A stretch of DNA of 64,000 nucleotides, from the sequence record PZ452608.1; one strand, written 5' to 3'. Positions within the stretch are counted from its first letter, which is position 1. Every line of letters begins with the position of its first letter. Shown here one piece after another: positions 47,561 through 56,404 of this stretch. This stretch comes from a phage. The notes under the pieces were generated by a model. It was not told the DNA's origin. It was given only the letters and a program-made list of their open reading frames with translations, and did no database searches. The translations under genes and the position numbers were made by a program.

Positions 47561-48109
47561 TTAAATCAGTGTTTCCAGAACTGTTTTTAGTGATGACTTG
47601 GTTGTCTGATAAAAATGAGTAAAGCCATTGTTGTTATCAAATACCTGCATCATGATATCATCCCCCTTGATTGGGTACACTCGGATATCATAGTGAAAAC
47701 CATTAAAGACACAAGAGCCATTACAGAATGCACTAAAGTCATCCACTGAGATATACTCTTCATGTCCTGTGATTTTTATACAAACACCTTTACTCGGTCT
47801 CTTAGGGTTGATATCTTCCATCACAGACATACTCTGTCCACCAAGAGACACCATAGTGACCACTTTACGGTTCTTCTGTCTAAAGTACATCTTAACTTTC
47901 TGCAAAGTGTCTTCATAGAACGGATAAGACCTTTCTACAAAGATTCCTTCAAGTGGCTCTTTACCATTTTCAACTTCTCGGTTATGCCGTACTGCAAAGA
48001 TAATTTGTTCGAACCAGTCAAGATTTTCTTCGGAGAGTGCTTCCCGAACATCCTTCCAGTCAAGGACTAGATAGTTACCTTCAACATCTTTTAAGTTATC
48101 TTTTTCCAT
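47561..48109 (-). CDS. hypothetical protein
   Basis: Track ORF 47561-48184; start trimmed to internal ATG to avoid 62-nt overlap (uncertain). Confidence 0.35.
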   Translation of the reverse strand: MEKDNLKDVEGNYLVLDWKDVREALSEENLDWFEQIIFAVRHNREVENGKEPLEGIFVERSYPFYEDTLQKVKMYFRQKNRKVVTMVSLGGQSMSVMEDINPKRPSKGVCIKITGHEEYISVDDFSAFCNGSCVFNGFHYDIRVYPIKGDDIMMQVFDNNNGFTHFYQTTKSSLKTVLETLI

Positions 48110-48122
48110 ATCTATCACACCA

Positions 48123-48587
48123 TTATCGTAAAACTTGATATTCTGGTACTGCGAATTTATTACTATTGTTCTTGATGAGGTCATCCTCTGAAACTAAAAA
48201 TGTAATACCACATAAGTGTCTGTAACGACTATCATACTCGAATATCTTAAACAGATATTTACCATCATGATAAACCTGTTGCACTTCACCTTCTGCAACA
48301 ATCTCGCCTGTAATAAAATTTTTTAGTTTATACACATTACCGACCTTAGGTACTGTTTTCATCTCAGGCTCTTTTAGTGCTACACCTATTTTTACATCAC
48401 CGAGTAAATGAGAACTCTCAAAAGCTACGTGTTTCATATAGGCTTCTGAGCATTCCCAAATAAAACAATGTACAAGAACCTTAGCAGCATGTCTTGAGCA
48501 GTTCAACTTATCACAAATTTCTGTGTACATCTCATCTTTAGTAGAATTGTCAAGCATTGCTCTTTGCACTACTTCTTTAATTTTCAT
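48123..48587 (-). CDS. hypothetical protein
   Basis: 154-aa ORF. Confidence 0.4.
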   Translation of the reverse strand: MKIKEVVQRAMLDNSTKDEMYTEICDKLNCSRHAAKVLVHCFIWECSEAYMKHVAFESSHLLGDVKIGVALKEPEMKTVPKVGNVYKLKNFITGEIVAEGEVQQVYHDGKYLFKIFEYDSRYRHLCGITFLVSEDDLIKNNSNKFAVPEYQVLR

Positions 48588-48999
48588 AAGCTCTCCGAAT
48601 AACCCTATTAAGCATCTCTAAAGTCAGCTTTCCAGATTCTAAATGCGGCATAACAAGCTTTAAAGCTTTTTCAACATCATGCACAATATCAATTATACCT
48701 TCTTCATAGGCTTCTACGAGGATATCTTTTACACCGATATAGCCTTCATTGATAATGATTTGCATATCAAAATCTTCTGATTGCTTGTTTAACTTACCTC
48801 TCCAATACCCATCAGCATTAAAAGATATCACTTCACACTCTTTAAAATCCATATCATCTGCATGGAATGGAGTAATTATTGTGCATTGGATTGGGTACTC
48901 TACACCAGTGGTGTCAACATCAAAGACCTTCACAGAAGTAAGTGGTTTCTTTGTTTTAGAGCAGTAAACTGTCAATCTTTTACCAATAAGCTCTTTCAT
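48577..48999 (-). CDS. hypothetical protein
   Basis: 140-aa ORF. Confidence 0.4.
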   Translation of the reverse strand: MKELIGKRLTVYCSKTKKPLTSVKVFDVDTTGVEYPIQCTIITPFHADDMDFKECEVISFNADGYWRGKLNKQSEDFDMQIIINEGYIGVKDILVEAYEEGIIDIVHDVEKALKLVMPHLESGKLTLEMLNRVIRRAYEN

Positions 49000-49051
49000 T
49001 TCGCTACCTTCTAAGTTCTACAAAGGGGCTATCAAGTAACCCCTCAAGCTA

Positions 49052-49276
49052 CTACTCAGACTTTTCAGTCTTCTTATCGGATTTCTTACTAGTCTTCTTC
49101 TCAGCTTTCTGTTCAGGTTCCTTCTCAGAAGTTACCTTGATAACCATGTCAAGAAGCTCTGATAGGTCACTCTTCAGAAGCGTTACAGGCTGCTCATTAT
49201 AGAAGTTTTTGTCAAGATAGACTTTGAACTCTTCAATAGAAGGAAATCCAAAAATTGGTACAGGCGTCTTAATCAT
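49052..49276 (-). CDS. hypothetical protein
   Basis: 74 aa with Lys/Glu-rich C-terminus. Confidence 0.35.
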   Translation of the reverse strand: MIKTPVPIFGFPSIEEFKVYLDKNFYNEQPVTLLKSDLSELLDMVIKVTSEKEPEQKAEKKTSKKSDKKTEKSE

Positions 49277-49352
49277 TACTTAGTCTCTCCATAGGCATCT
49301 TTTAAGATTGCCTTGTTAATCATTTCAGCGATTGCAAAACGAACACATACAG

Positions 49353-49856
49353 CTATAATTGTAGGTTGCATTCTTTACTTACCTCTTCAAGTTTAACCTC
49401 AGAGTCCTTAAGTCGTTTCTTATGAACTCTGAATCTTATTAGTGAGATGATAATACCAGCTAAAGGAACAGTATACAAGTACCAGATATCATGTAGCTTT
49501 GCAGTAATCTGTGCAATGGTCAAATCTTGAGCTATGGAACTGATTGCTGATACTGCCAGTAACATTGCTAAGAAGAAAGCCAGTATCATAACAATATTCA
49601 GACAACCTCTGGCATGGTATTCATGCTTAATGCACTTATTCTTTTCGTCAACAACCCTGTTGTAGTCGTTTGTAAAGTCTCTGTAGAAAGCTTTCAAGTA
49701 TTCTTTATTGTAGCCTTCAAAGCAACCTGTACCGTACCAATAATCACCACCAAAATGTGCTATGATACCGGTATCTCCATTTGGTTTGGTTACTCTTAGA
49801 GAGACATGATGACCAGTCTTCTGGTAATCTATCTTATATCTTTCTTCGTAAATCAT
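49353..49856 (-). CDS. membrane protein
   Basis: Hydrophobic stretches (LNIVMILAFFLAMLLAV, LAGIIISLI); start trimmed to internal ATG. Confidence 0.4.
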   Translation of the reverse strand: MIYEERYKIDYQKTGHHVSLRVTKPNGDTGIIAHFGGDYWYGTGCFEGYNKEYLKAFYRDFTNDYNRVVDEKNKCIKHEYHARGCLNIVMILAFFLAMLLAVSAISSIAQDLTIAQITAKLHDIWYLYTVPLAGIIISLIRFRVHKKRLKDSEVKLEEVSKECNLQL

Positions 49857-50071
49857 TTTCCAACCCCTCTCAATCTCTTGTTCCATTCAAGGTCAACAAA
49901 TCTTTGTAGTGCTTTGCCTCTAGGTGTTACACCTTTTAAATCTGCATCGTAACAATGGTAAAAGTCACCTTCAGCGTGTTTACCATAGCATTTTCTGATA
50001 TTCTGGCTTCTGCGATACTGTTCTAACAAGGACAGTTTGTAGTAATCTTCAACTGTAGTTAGTTTTTTCAT
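49853..50071 (-). CDS. hypothetical protein
   Basis: 72-aa ORF. Confidence 0.35.
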   Translation of the reverse strand: MKKLTTVEDYYKLSLLEQYRRSQNIRKCYGKHAEGDFYHCYDADLKGVTPRGKALQRFVDLEWNKRLRGVGK

Positions 50072-50613
50072 TCTTTCACCATAGCATTTCTGAACTGGCG
50101 TTGTGTTTCTCTTGTAATTTCGTTTGGAGTAAACCCTGCTTTTAGCATATCTCTGAAAAGAACTTCTAAGTGGTCCCTCTCAATGATGTAAATGGCATTC
50201 TGAATAGCTGTTTTACGCTCCTTCAGGTCGCTGCTAATCTCTTCGCACTTGCTTGTAAGTTCTGTGTCAACTTTCTTATAGACTGGCATAACATGTGCAT
50301 AACAACCTTTATTGGTCTCCATGAAGAATTTAAAAGATTCCTCAGAGTCCTTTAGAGCAATCCCTATAAAGTCCTTGTAAGCACCTGTGAAAGATAAGGA
50401 ATCAATCTCAGCAGTTGAGTATACAGTCCCTGCACACAGTCTTGCAGAAGTACTGAATGTGTGGTTTGGTGTTGTGTCAAAGTCTAAGTTCTTCAGTGGT
50501 CGGAAATAAACTATACCATTGTGTGAGATGTGTGTTACAACAGCCTCAACGCTCTTTGAAGGATTCTGTTTAACATACAAAATAATTTTATCGTGTTCTT
50601 TCACTTTAGCCAT
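50068..50613 (-). CDS. hypothetical protein
   Basis: 181-aa ORF. Confidence 0.4.
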   Translation of the reverse strand: MAKVKEHDKIILYVKQNPSKSVEAVVTHISHNGIVYFRPLKNLDFDTTPNHTFSTSARLCAGTVYSTAEIDSLSFTGAYKDFIGIALKDSEESFKFFMETNKGCYAHVMPVYKKVDTELTSKCEEISSDLKERKTAIQNAIYIIERDHLEVLFRDMLKAGFTPNEITRETQRQFRNAMVKE

Positions 50614-50685
50614 ATCTATTCTCCAAAAACTAAAAAGGGAACTACCTCTCGATAGCTCCCATCATAATCAATATTGTATACTCGG

Positions 50686-51267
50686 TCAAGAGTATTTTTT
50701 AGGCAGTAATGCACTGCGCTTGTTGCTCTCTTCACTCAGCAGTGCAATAAATTCATCACCTTTACCCTTCCACGGACTAAATGTAGGGATATGTTCTCTG
50801 ATAGCATCAATCACTGTTTTCAGGGCGTTATTTTTTAACCACCAATCAGACACTGCTGAGGCTACAATATAATAAGCACCATCATCTGTGAAGATTGGCT
50901 CAGAGATACATGGTGAAATCATAGTGGTGATGATAGAGCCGTTATTCATGTAATATGTTCTTTTTTCAACCTTATCAAGAAGTTTATGAAGGTCTGCAAA
51001 GAGACTCACAACCTCTTTATGGTCAATATCTTTTTCAAGATTTGCTCTATATTTCAGCAGTGCAGCATCAACCTCTTTATCATTGAATTTGAAGTATTGG
51101 ACTTCTTCATTCACACATACACTGATATTGTTGGTGTTTATCGTCAATTTGCACAGTTTGACTGGAGAATTGATGTTGGTCTGAAAAAGTGCTACACAGC
51201 CTTCTACATTTCCGAAATGTTTTACTAATGTAACTTCTGGTTGGATATGCTCATGTTCTTCTGACAT
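50686..51267 (-). CDS. hypothetical protein
   Basis: 193-aa ORF. Confidence 0.4.
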   Translation of the reverse strand: MSEEHEHIQPEVTLVKHFGNVEGCVALFQTNINSPVKLCKLTINTNNISVCVNEEVQYFKFNDKEVDAALLKYRANLEKDIDHKEVVSLFADLHKLLDKVEKRTYYMNNGSIITTMISPCISEPIFTDDGAYYIVASAVSDWWLKNNALKTVIDAIREHIPTFSPWKGKGDEFIALLSEESNKRSALLPKKYS

Positions 51268-51611
51268 TACAGTTTCCTCATTAAATACTTTTTAAGTTGT
51301 GTGTTAGGTTTCTCAAAAACTTCTATAGAAGATATCTTAACAGATTCACCACGCATACCAGTATGTTTGAATATGTAGTACTCTAACATCCCTATGTACT
51401 TTGCTGGTAAGTCATGCTTGACATATACCGTCACAGAATCTTCAAATTCAACGACCTTTGTACCATCTTTGTAGTTGAACTCTTTAGGATGGTTGTAGTT
51501 GTCAATGTCATACATTAAAAAGAGTCTTTTACGTTGTAAGTCAAGCTTATTTGTTAAAGACTCTTTAATATCTGAGAAGTTTTTGTACACTGTGACATGG
51601 AGCTTACTCAT
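51267..51611 (-). CDS. hypothetical protein
   Basis: 114-aa ORF. Confidence 0.4.
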   Translation of the reverse strand: MSKLHVTVYKNFSDIKESLTNKLDLQRKRLFLMYDIDNYNHPKEFNYKDGTKVVEFEDSVTVYVKHDLPAKYIGMLEYYIFKHTGMRGESVKISSIEVFEKPNTQLKKYLMRKL

Positions 51612-51897
51612 CGTTAAACTCTCTGACGAAGAAATAGTTGACTTTGTTATTACCTACCATAAGGTCAAAGCAGGTATTTTCAAAAGGTTTGTTGTAGGCA
51701 TCGTATGAAATATATGGGTCAGCTACTTGCTTAGTGCTTAACTTCTTACTTGATGGATTTAAGAGGCCACCATACAGCTTCTTGATAGCCTCTTCTACAA
51801 CAGACCAGATAATTTCGTCAGTAATTTCTTCGTACAGGTCAAGTTCACGCTCTAGTGAGAAGTCACAAATAGGGAAAACAACCTGTACTTTACTCAT
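51604..51897 (-). CDS. hypothetical protein
   Basis: 97-aa ORF. Confidence 0.4.
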   Translation of the reverse strand: MSKVQVVFPICDFSLERELDLYEEITDEIIWSVVEEAIKKLYGGLLNPSSKKLSTKQVADPYISYDAYNKPFENTCFDLMVGNNKVNYFFVREFNDE

Positions 51898-52286
51898 TAA
51901 CGAATAACCTGTGAGACTTGAATTGCTTCAGTTACTGACAAGTCACCTACTTTCTCTTCTTTGATAAAAGTGAAGGTGAGTTCAACAGGTTCTTGCTCTT
52001 CTTGCTCAACTGGAATGCCATTAAGCTCATCGCGGATTGATTGGGTTGTCCAATCCTCCCCACCATCTGGATAATGGATGGCGTAAAGAGGGAACTCCAT
52101 ATCATACCAGCCAAATACAGGGCAACCATCTGCATCATCTCGCATTCTGCGAAGGGTGCTACCTGAGCCTGTAAAGCGAAGACTAATATTTCCATTACAC
52201 TCAAAAATCACTGCGTCAGCAAGTCCAGCATCTTCTCGACCATCATGGCCAAAGGTGTCAACTTTTACTTGAATCTCTTTATTCAT
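51897..52286 (-). CDS. hypothetical protein
   Basis: 129-aa ORF. Confidence 0.4.
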   Translation of the reverse strand: MNKEIQVKVDTFGHDGREDAGLADAVIFECNGNISLRFTGSGSTLRRMRDDADGCPVFGWYDMEFPLYAIHYPDGGEDWTTQSIRDELNGIPVEQEEQEPVELTFTFIKEEKVGDLSVTEAIQVSQVIR

Positions 52287-52677
52287 AAAAACCTCTCTCT
52301 GCTTGTTCTATTTTTGCTCTTAAAGTTTCGCAATGCTGTAGATGGTAGTTAGCTTCTTGTTCATGTGTTGCTAACTGCCTTTCCAGAACAGATTTATAGT
52401 AACCTGCAAGTTGCTCTTTTGTCAATGGGTGCTCTGAAATAATATCAAGTCCACTTTCACCGAGAGGGTTGAATTGTCCATGTTCGTTGACATTGTAAGT
52501 CTCAAACTTGAACAGGCCATTGTTCACAGACTCAATAGGTGACAGTTCAACAAGCTCTACAGTAAACCGTGTATATACCTTGTCACCTCTTGAAACCACA
52601 TTGTTCCCGACAATGCGTACAAGCGAGCCATTACGAGTGTACTTAAAAGTCCCAAAGTCACTAGCCCAAAGTTTCAT
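52279..52677 (-). CDS. hypothetical protein
   Basis: 132-aa ORF. Confidence 0.4.
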   Translation of the reverse strand: MKLWASDFGTFKYTRNGSLVRIVGNNVVSRGDKVYTRFTVELVELSPIESVNNGLFKFETYNVNEHGQFNPLGESGLDIISEHPLTKEQLAGYYKSVLERQLATHEQEANYHLQHCETLRAKIEQAERGFYE

Positions 52678-52692
52678 AGTTTTCTCCTTAGA

Positions 52693-52718
52693 AAATAAAA
52701 AAGGCTCCCGAAGGAGCC
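52693..52718 (-). terminator. intrinsic terminator (UUCG tetraloop) after endolysin gene
   Basis: Minus strand GGCTCC-TTCG-GGAGCC then TTTTTT. Confidence 0.55.
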
Positions 52719-52728
52719 TATGAAGATA

Positions 52729-53193
52729 TTACTTTGGGTATACACTGTCAAGATAAATGTCAGCTTCCATTCTACGTCTGTTTTTCAGTCCGTTTGAAGT
52801 GACCTTCTTACCTTTGACTGTAACCTTGTTCCACCACTGCATAGCTTCTGCACAACCCACCTTATTACCAGCATTGTGGCGCTTGATAAATGTGGAATCC
52901 TGCATAGCTGTGATACCAATGTTGTATGTTTCACTTACAAGTGCGTCAAACTCATTCTGAGAAGTTGGAACATTGACGGCTTTGTTCACTGCTGCAACAA
53001 ACTTTTCAACATCTGCGAGAAGATACTGTTCAGCTTGTTCAGCGGTAATCTTCATACCCATCTTAACAGGTTTTCCGTCAATACGGATTGTCCCATACCC
53101 GATTGTTGGGATTCCGGCAGAATCTTCGTAAGCCTCTAACTCCAGACCTTCGAAGAACTTAATAGCATCTAAACCTTTTCTTGAGAGTTGCAT
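52729..53193 (-). CDS. endolysin, phage lysozyme (GH24-like)
   Basis: FEGLELEAYEDSAGIPTIGYGT catalytic-region pattern of T4/lambda-type lysozymes. Confidence 0.75.
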   Translation of the reverse strand: MQLSRKGLDAIKFFEGLELEAYEDSAGIPTIGYGTIRIDGKPVKMGMKITAEQAEQYLLADVEKFVAAVNKAVNVPTSQNEFDALVSETYNIGITAMQDSTFIKRHNAGNKVGCAEAMQWWNKVTVKGKKVTSNGLKNRRRMEADIYLDSVYPK

Positions 53194-54326
53194 TACGCCT
53201 CCCCTGCTGGGTTAACTGTAACTGTTGCTGCATTAGATGTTACAGAGCCACCTGCACCAGTAACTACACAGGTGTAGCTTCCTGCATCAGCAGCGGTCGC
53301 ACCTTCTTTGGTGTAAGTTGCAGTAGTTGCATCGAGGATGTCTTCCTCACCTTTCTTCCACTGGTAACCTGTCGCACCTGTTGCCACAACATTCAGCGTT
53401 AAGGTCTCACCTTCATTGATTTCTTGATTGGTTGGCTGTTGAGTAATTACTGGAAGTGCGTTCACAGTTACTACAGCAGCATTAGATGTCACTGCACCAC
53501 CCGCACCTGTTACAACGCAAGTATATGAGCCTGCATCTGCTGGCAGAGCACCAGACTTGCTATAGGTAGCATTTGTAGCTGAAGGAATGTCAGAGCCATC
53601 TTTCTTCCACTGGTAACCTGTCGCACCTGTTGCAGTCACTTCCAAGTTAATGCTTCCACCCTCATTGACAGTCTGACCAGAAGGCTGCTGTGTAATCACA
53701 GGCAGTGCATTAACAGCAACTGTTGCCGCATCTGAGGTAACACTTGTTCCAGCCTCTCCAGATACAACACAAGTGTATGAGCCAGCATCAGAAGGTACTA
53801 CAGACTGTTTTGTATAAGTTGCAGAGGTGGCACTAGGAATATCCTCTCCATCCTTTTTCCATTGATATCCAGTGGCATTCGTTGCAATAACACTTAGGGT
53901 AAGCGTACCACCTTCATTTACTGTTTGATTGGTTGGTTGCTGAGTGATTGCTGGTGGCTTGATAGCATCCTTCAACTTAGCATTCAACATTGAGAATGGT
54001 TTAACTCTTGCCAGCCATTCACAATAAATTGTGTCAACGTCTTTACCATTGATAATTGCATATTGTAAGTCCATGAAGAAGTCAGAAGTTCTCATTTGAG
54101 CACCAATGCTGTAAAGCAACTCATCACTAAATGGAACTTTGTAGTCTGGTTTGTAGTCAAACTCATCGACTTCTGCAATATCAGCTTCAGGCCAATACGA
54201 ACTGTAGGTAAGCGGTAAAATAGCCTCTTGATATGTTCTAAAATCATATCTCTTACCAGCCTTTACGTTTGCAATGAAGCCCTTCACAAACTCTTTGAAG
54301 TCTGGGTAAGTCTTTGCTTTAATCAT
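53193..54326 (-). CDS. Ig-like domain repeat protein
   Basis: Three tandem repeats of about 85 aa (ITQQP.NQTVNEGG.L.L.V.AT.ATGYQWKK.G.DI...ATY.K...AGSYTCVV.G); N-terminal 125 aa paralogous to the upstream gene product. Confidence 0.55.
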   Translation of the reverse strand: MIKAKTYPDFKEFVKGFIANVKAGKRYDFRTYQEAILPLTYSSYWPEADIAEVDEFDYKPDYKVPFSDELLYSIGAQMRTSDFFMDLQYAIINGKDVDTIYCEWLARVKPFSMLNAKLKDAIKPPAITQQPTNQTVNEGGTLTLSVIATNATGYQWKKDGEDIPSATSATYTKQSVVPSDAGSYTCVVSGEAGTSVTSDAATVAVNALPVITQQPSGQTVNEGGSINLEVTATGATGYQWKKDGSDIPSATNATYSKSGALPADAGSYTCVVTGAGGAVTSNAAVVTVNALPVITQQPTNQEINEGETLTLNVVATGATGYQWKKGEEDILDATTATYTKEGATAADAGSYTCVVTGAGGSVTSNAATVTVNPAGEA

Positions 54327-54694
54327 TTCTTTTCAGCCTCTAAATGTGCGTTTAGTCTAAAATAACCTTTGTGATTCGGAGATACATCACCAACGACAAT
54401 ACCTTTAACCTTATAGCCTTTACCAATTACATACTGGATATCCATAAGGAATCTTCCAAGACCAACAATATGGAACATTGGGTATAATAGATTCTCAGAG
54501 TCTGGAATATTGATTTCAGGTTTGTAGGTACGCTGTTCGCTTGTTGGTGTAATATCTTCTTCAGGCCATTTACTGAGTCTCCATGTCAAAGGTGTTGGGA
54601 TAACATCATTAAGGTTGTACCTTTCACCATTTTGCACGGAATTGATATAGGATTGTAGGAAGCAATAAAAGTCTTTTGCACTCTTAGCTTTCAT
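54323..54694 (-). CDS. hypothetical protein, paralog of N-terminal domain of Ig-like protein
   Basis: Shares M.KAK..F..F....V..G.RY....PLT....WPE.DI...YKP....P.S..LLY..FMD.QY.I..G pattern with 53193-54326 N-terminus. Confidence 0.45.
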   Translation of the reverse strand: MKAKSAKDFYCFLQSYINSVQNGERYNLNDVIPTPLTWRLSKWPEEDITPTSEQRTYKPEINIPDSENLLYPMFHIVGLGRFLMDIQYVIGKGYKVKGIVVGDVSPNHKGYFRLNAHLEAEKK

Positions 54695-54741
54695 TAAATA
54701 TCCTTATAAATAGTTAAAGGGGCATAAGCCCCTATTCACAC

Positions 54742-55332
54742 TTAAGCTTTGGTCTTAAGTAGGTTCTTAAGTTTTTTAAGATTCATACTCTCATCAAACT
54801 TAAAACCAAATCCATTGACATAATCAATGAACTCGGATTTCTTACTGAGTGACAATGCGTAACTCATATCAAAGTTCTTACTTGTTTCTGCGTCTGGACT
54901 AGAGTTCACATCAAATGAAATTTCCGTAGGCTCTTGCTTACTTTTTCTCATATTATCAACCAACAAACATGTATAGTTTGCTGGATAGAAATTTACACTA
55001 CCATCAACGTAGCTGTACTTATTATTATGGATAAGGTTGGAAAATACCTTAAGGAATGTTTCTGAGTCGTGGCAAACAAGTTTGAATTGGCTGCTCTCTC
55101 CAAGCGCAACTAATGAATACGGACTTTCACTATCAAAGTCATAATTTGGATTCGATGCCGTTACTGTTACACGCATCAAGTTATTAGCAATAGTCTTCTG
55201 TTTAAAAGAATTTTGAACATAGTGAAGACCTCTATCACACTGATTGACTAGCTCTTTAAGTAGGTCATTTGCATATGGTGAATTAATTGATACAGAGCCA
55301 TCACTATTGTAATTAAAACTTACTGTTAACAT
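54742..55332 (-). CDS. hypothetical protein
   Basis: 196-aa ORF. Confidence 0.4.
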   Translation of the reverse strand: MLTVSFNYNSDGSVSINSPYANDLLKELVNQCDRGLHYVQNSFKQKTIANNLMRVTVTASNPNYDFDSESPYSLVALGESSQFKLVCHDSETFLKVFSNLIHNNKYSYVDGSVNFYPANYTCLLVDNMRKSKQEPTEISFDVNSSPDAETSKNFDMSYALSLSKKSEFIDYVNGFGFKFDESMNLKKLKNLLKTKA

Positions 55333-55559
55333 TTTTCAGTTCTCCTGCGATTTATAATTTTGCTGCAATAGAGAAACGAAGTAAACTCACTGGAAGAAAC
55401 CATTAAGTGTTGTTCACTAGATTGAGCCATTGCCCTGAAATACATTCCAGTCAAAGCATCATAGTGACTATTCTTTCCAATTGAGGTTATATAGCCATGA
55501 CTCTTTGCAGTTTGATATAAATCTATAATATCTGCGATTTCTAATTGGGAACTACACAT
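55326..55559 (-). CDS. hypothetical protein
   Basis: 77-aa ORF. Confidence 0.3.
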   Translation of the reverse strand: MCSSQLEIADIIDLYQTAKSHGYITSIGKNSHYDALTGMYFRAMAQSSEQHLMVSSSEFTSFLYCSKIINRRRTEKC

Positions 55560-55723
55560 AGATAATCCTCTTGTCTTCTGTAATTTTGAAAGAACAGGTA
55601 CAGACCAATTTCAGAGGATGAATAGTAGATTAACTCTACCCTTTTTGATTCCTTACAGTGATTGGTATTCTTACCTTTCTTCGGTTTATTTGATTTTCTC
55701 ATTAAGTCTCCTTTGTAGAACAA
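55541..55723 (-). CDS. hypothetical small basic protein
   Basis: 60-aa ORF, first of minus block; weak. Confidence 0.25.
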   Translation of the reverse strand: MFYKGDLMRKSNKPKKGKNTNHCKESKRVELIYYSSSEIGLYLFFQNYRRQEDYLCVVPN

Positions 55724-55801
55724 GGCAGACCTACAGCTTTAACTAAGATGGTACAGTAATCCATACAACAAGTCAAGAACTATTGCAAGTTAAAAAAGTT
55801 G

Positions 55802-55840
55802 TTGACAAAGTACTTGACAAGGTGTAGGCTTATAAATACT
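55802..55840 (+). promoter_or_regulatory. tandem TTGACA promoter module (paralog of 9796-9830)
   Basis: GTTGACAAAGTACTTGACAAGGTGTAGGCTTATAAAT. Confidence 0.45.
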
Positions 55841-55951
55841 TAGAAGATAACTTAAAAGGTTCCTCTAAAAAGGCTATTTAAACAGATATCTTTCTGGATA
55901 TCTATCTTTTATCTTAAAAGCCTTTTAAGAGGTCTTATAAGAGGCATACCA

Positions 55952-56323
55952 ATGAAAAACAGAACAAACAAAGGCCAGTTTAAAAAAGGCCAATCTGGAA
56001 ACCCATCTGGAAGACCAAAAGGCTCTCGCAACAAAAGCTCACTTGTAAAAGCTCAACTGACCATTGATAATTCTGCTGAGTTTGCTGCAAAGTTGTTTGA
56101 AGCGATTGTTACAAGGGATGCTGCTAAGCTTGCAGAGTTCGGGTTAAACACAGACGATGTAACCATCAAGAGCATGATTGAAGTCGGTAAAACTATCATG
56201 ACCCACTCAGCAGGTGAGATGAAAGCAATTGCAGCAGACACTAAGAAGACTCCTGATAACGGCGGTCAGTCTCAGACAGATAACAAACCAACGTTCTCTG
56301 CTGTTGCAACCCTTAAAAAATAA
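55952..56323 (+). CDS. hypothetical protein with GNPSGRPKG motif
   Basis: 123 aa; N-terminal KGQSGNPSGRPKGSRN. Confidence 0.4.
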   Translation: MKNRTNKGQFKKGQSGNPSGRPKGSRNKSSLVKAQLTIDNSAEFAAKLFEAIVTRDAAKLAEFGLNTDDVTIKSMIEVGKTIMTHSAGEMKAIAADTKKTPDNGGQSQTDNKPTFSAVATLKK

Positions 56324-56404
56324 TTTTAAAAGATGTTGACAGACTCTATAAAGTTGCTCTAAAGTCTGTCACATCAAACAACAAATGAGAGAAGAGAGTA
56401 AAAT

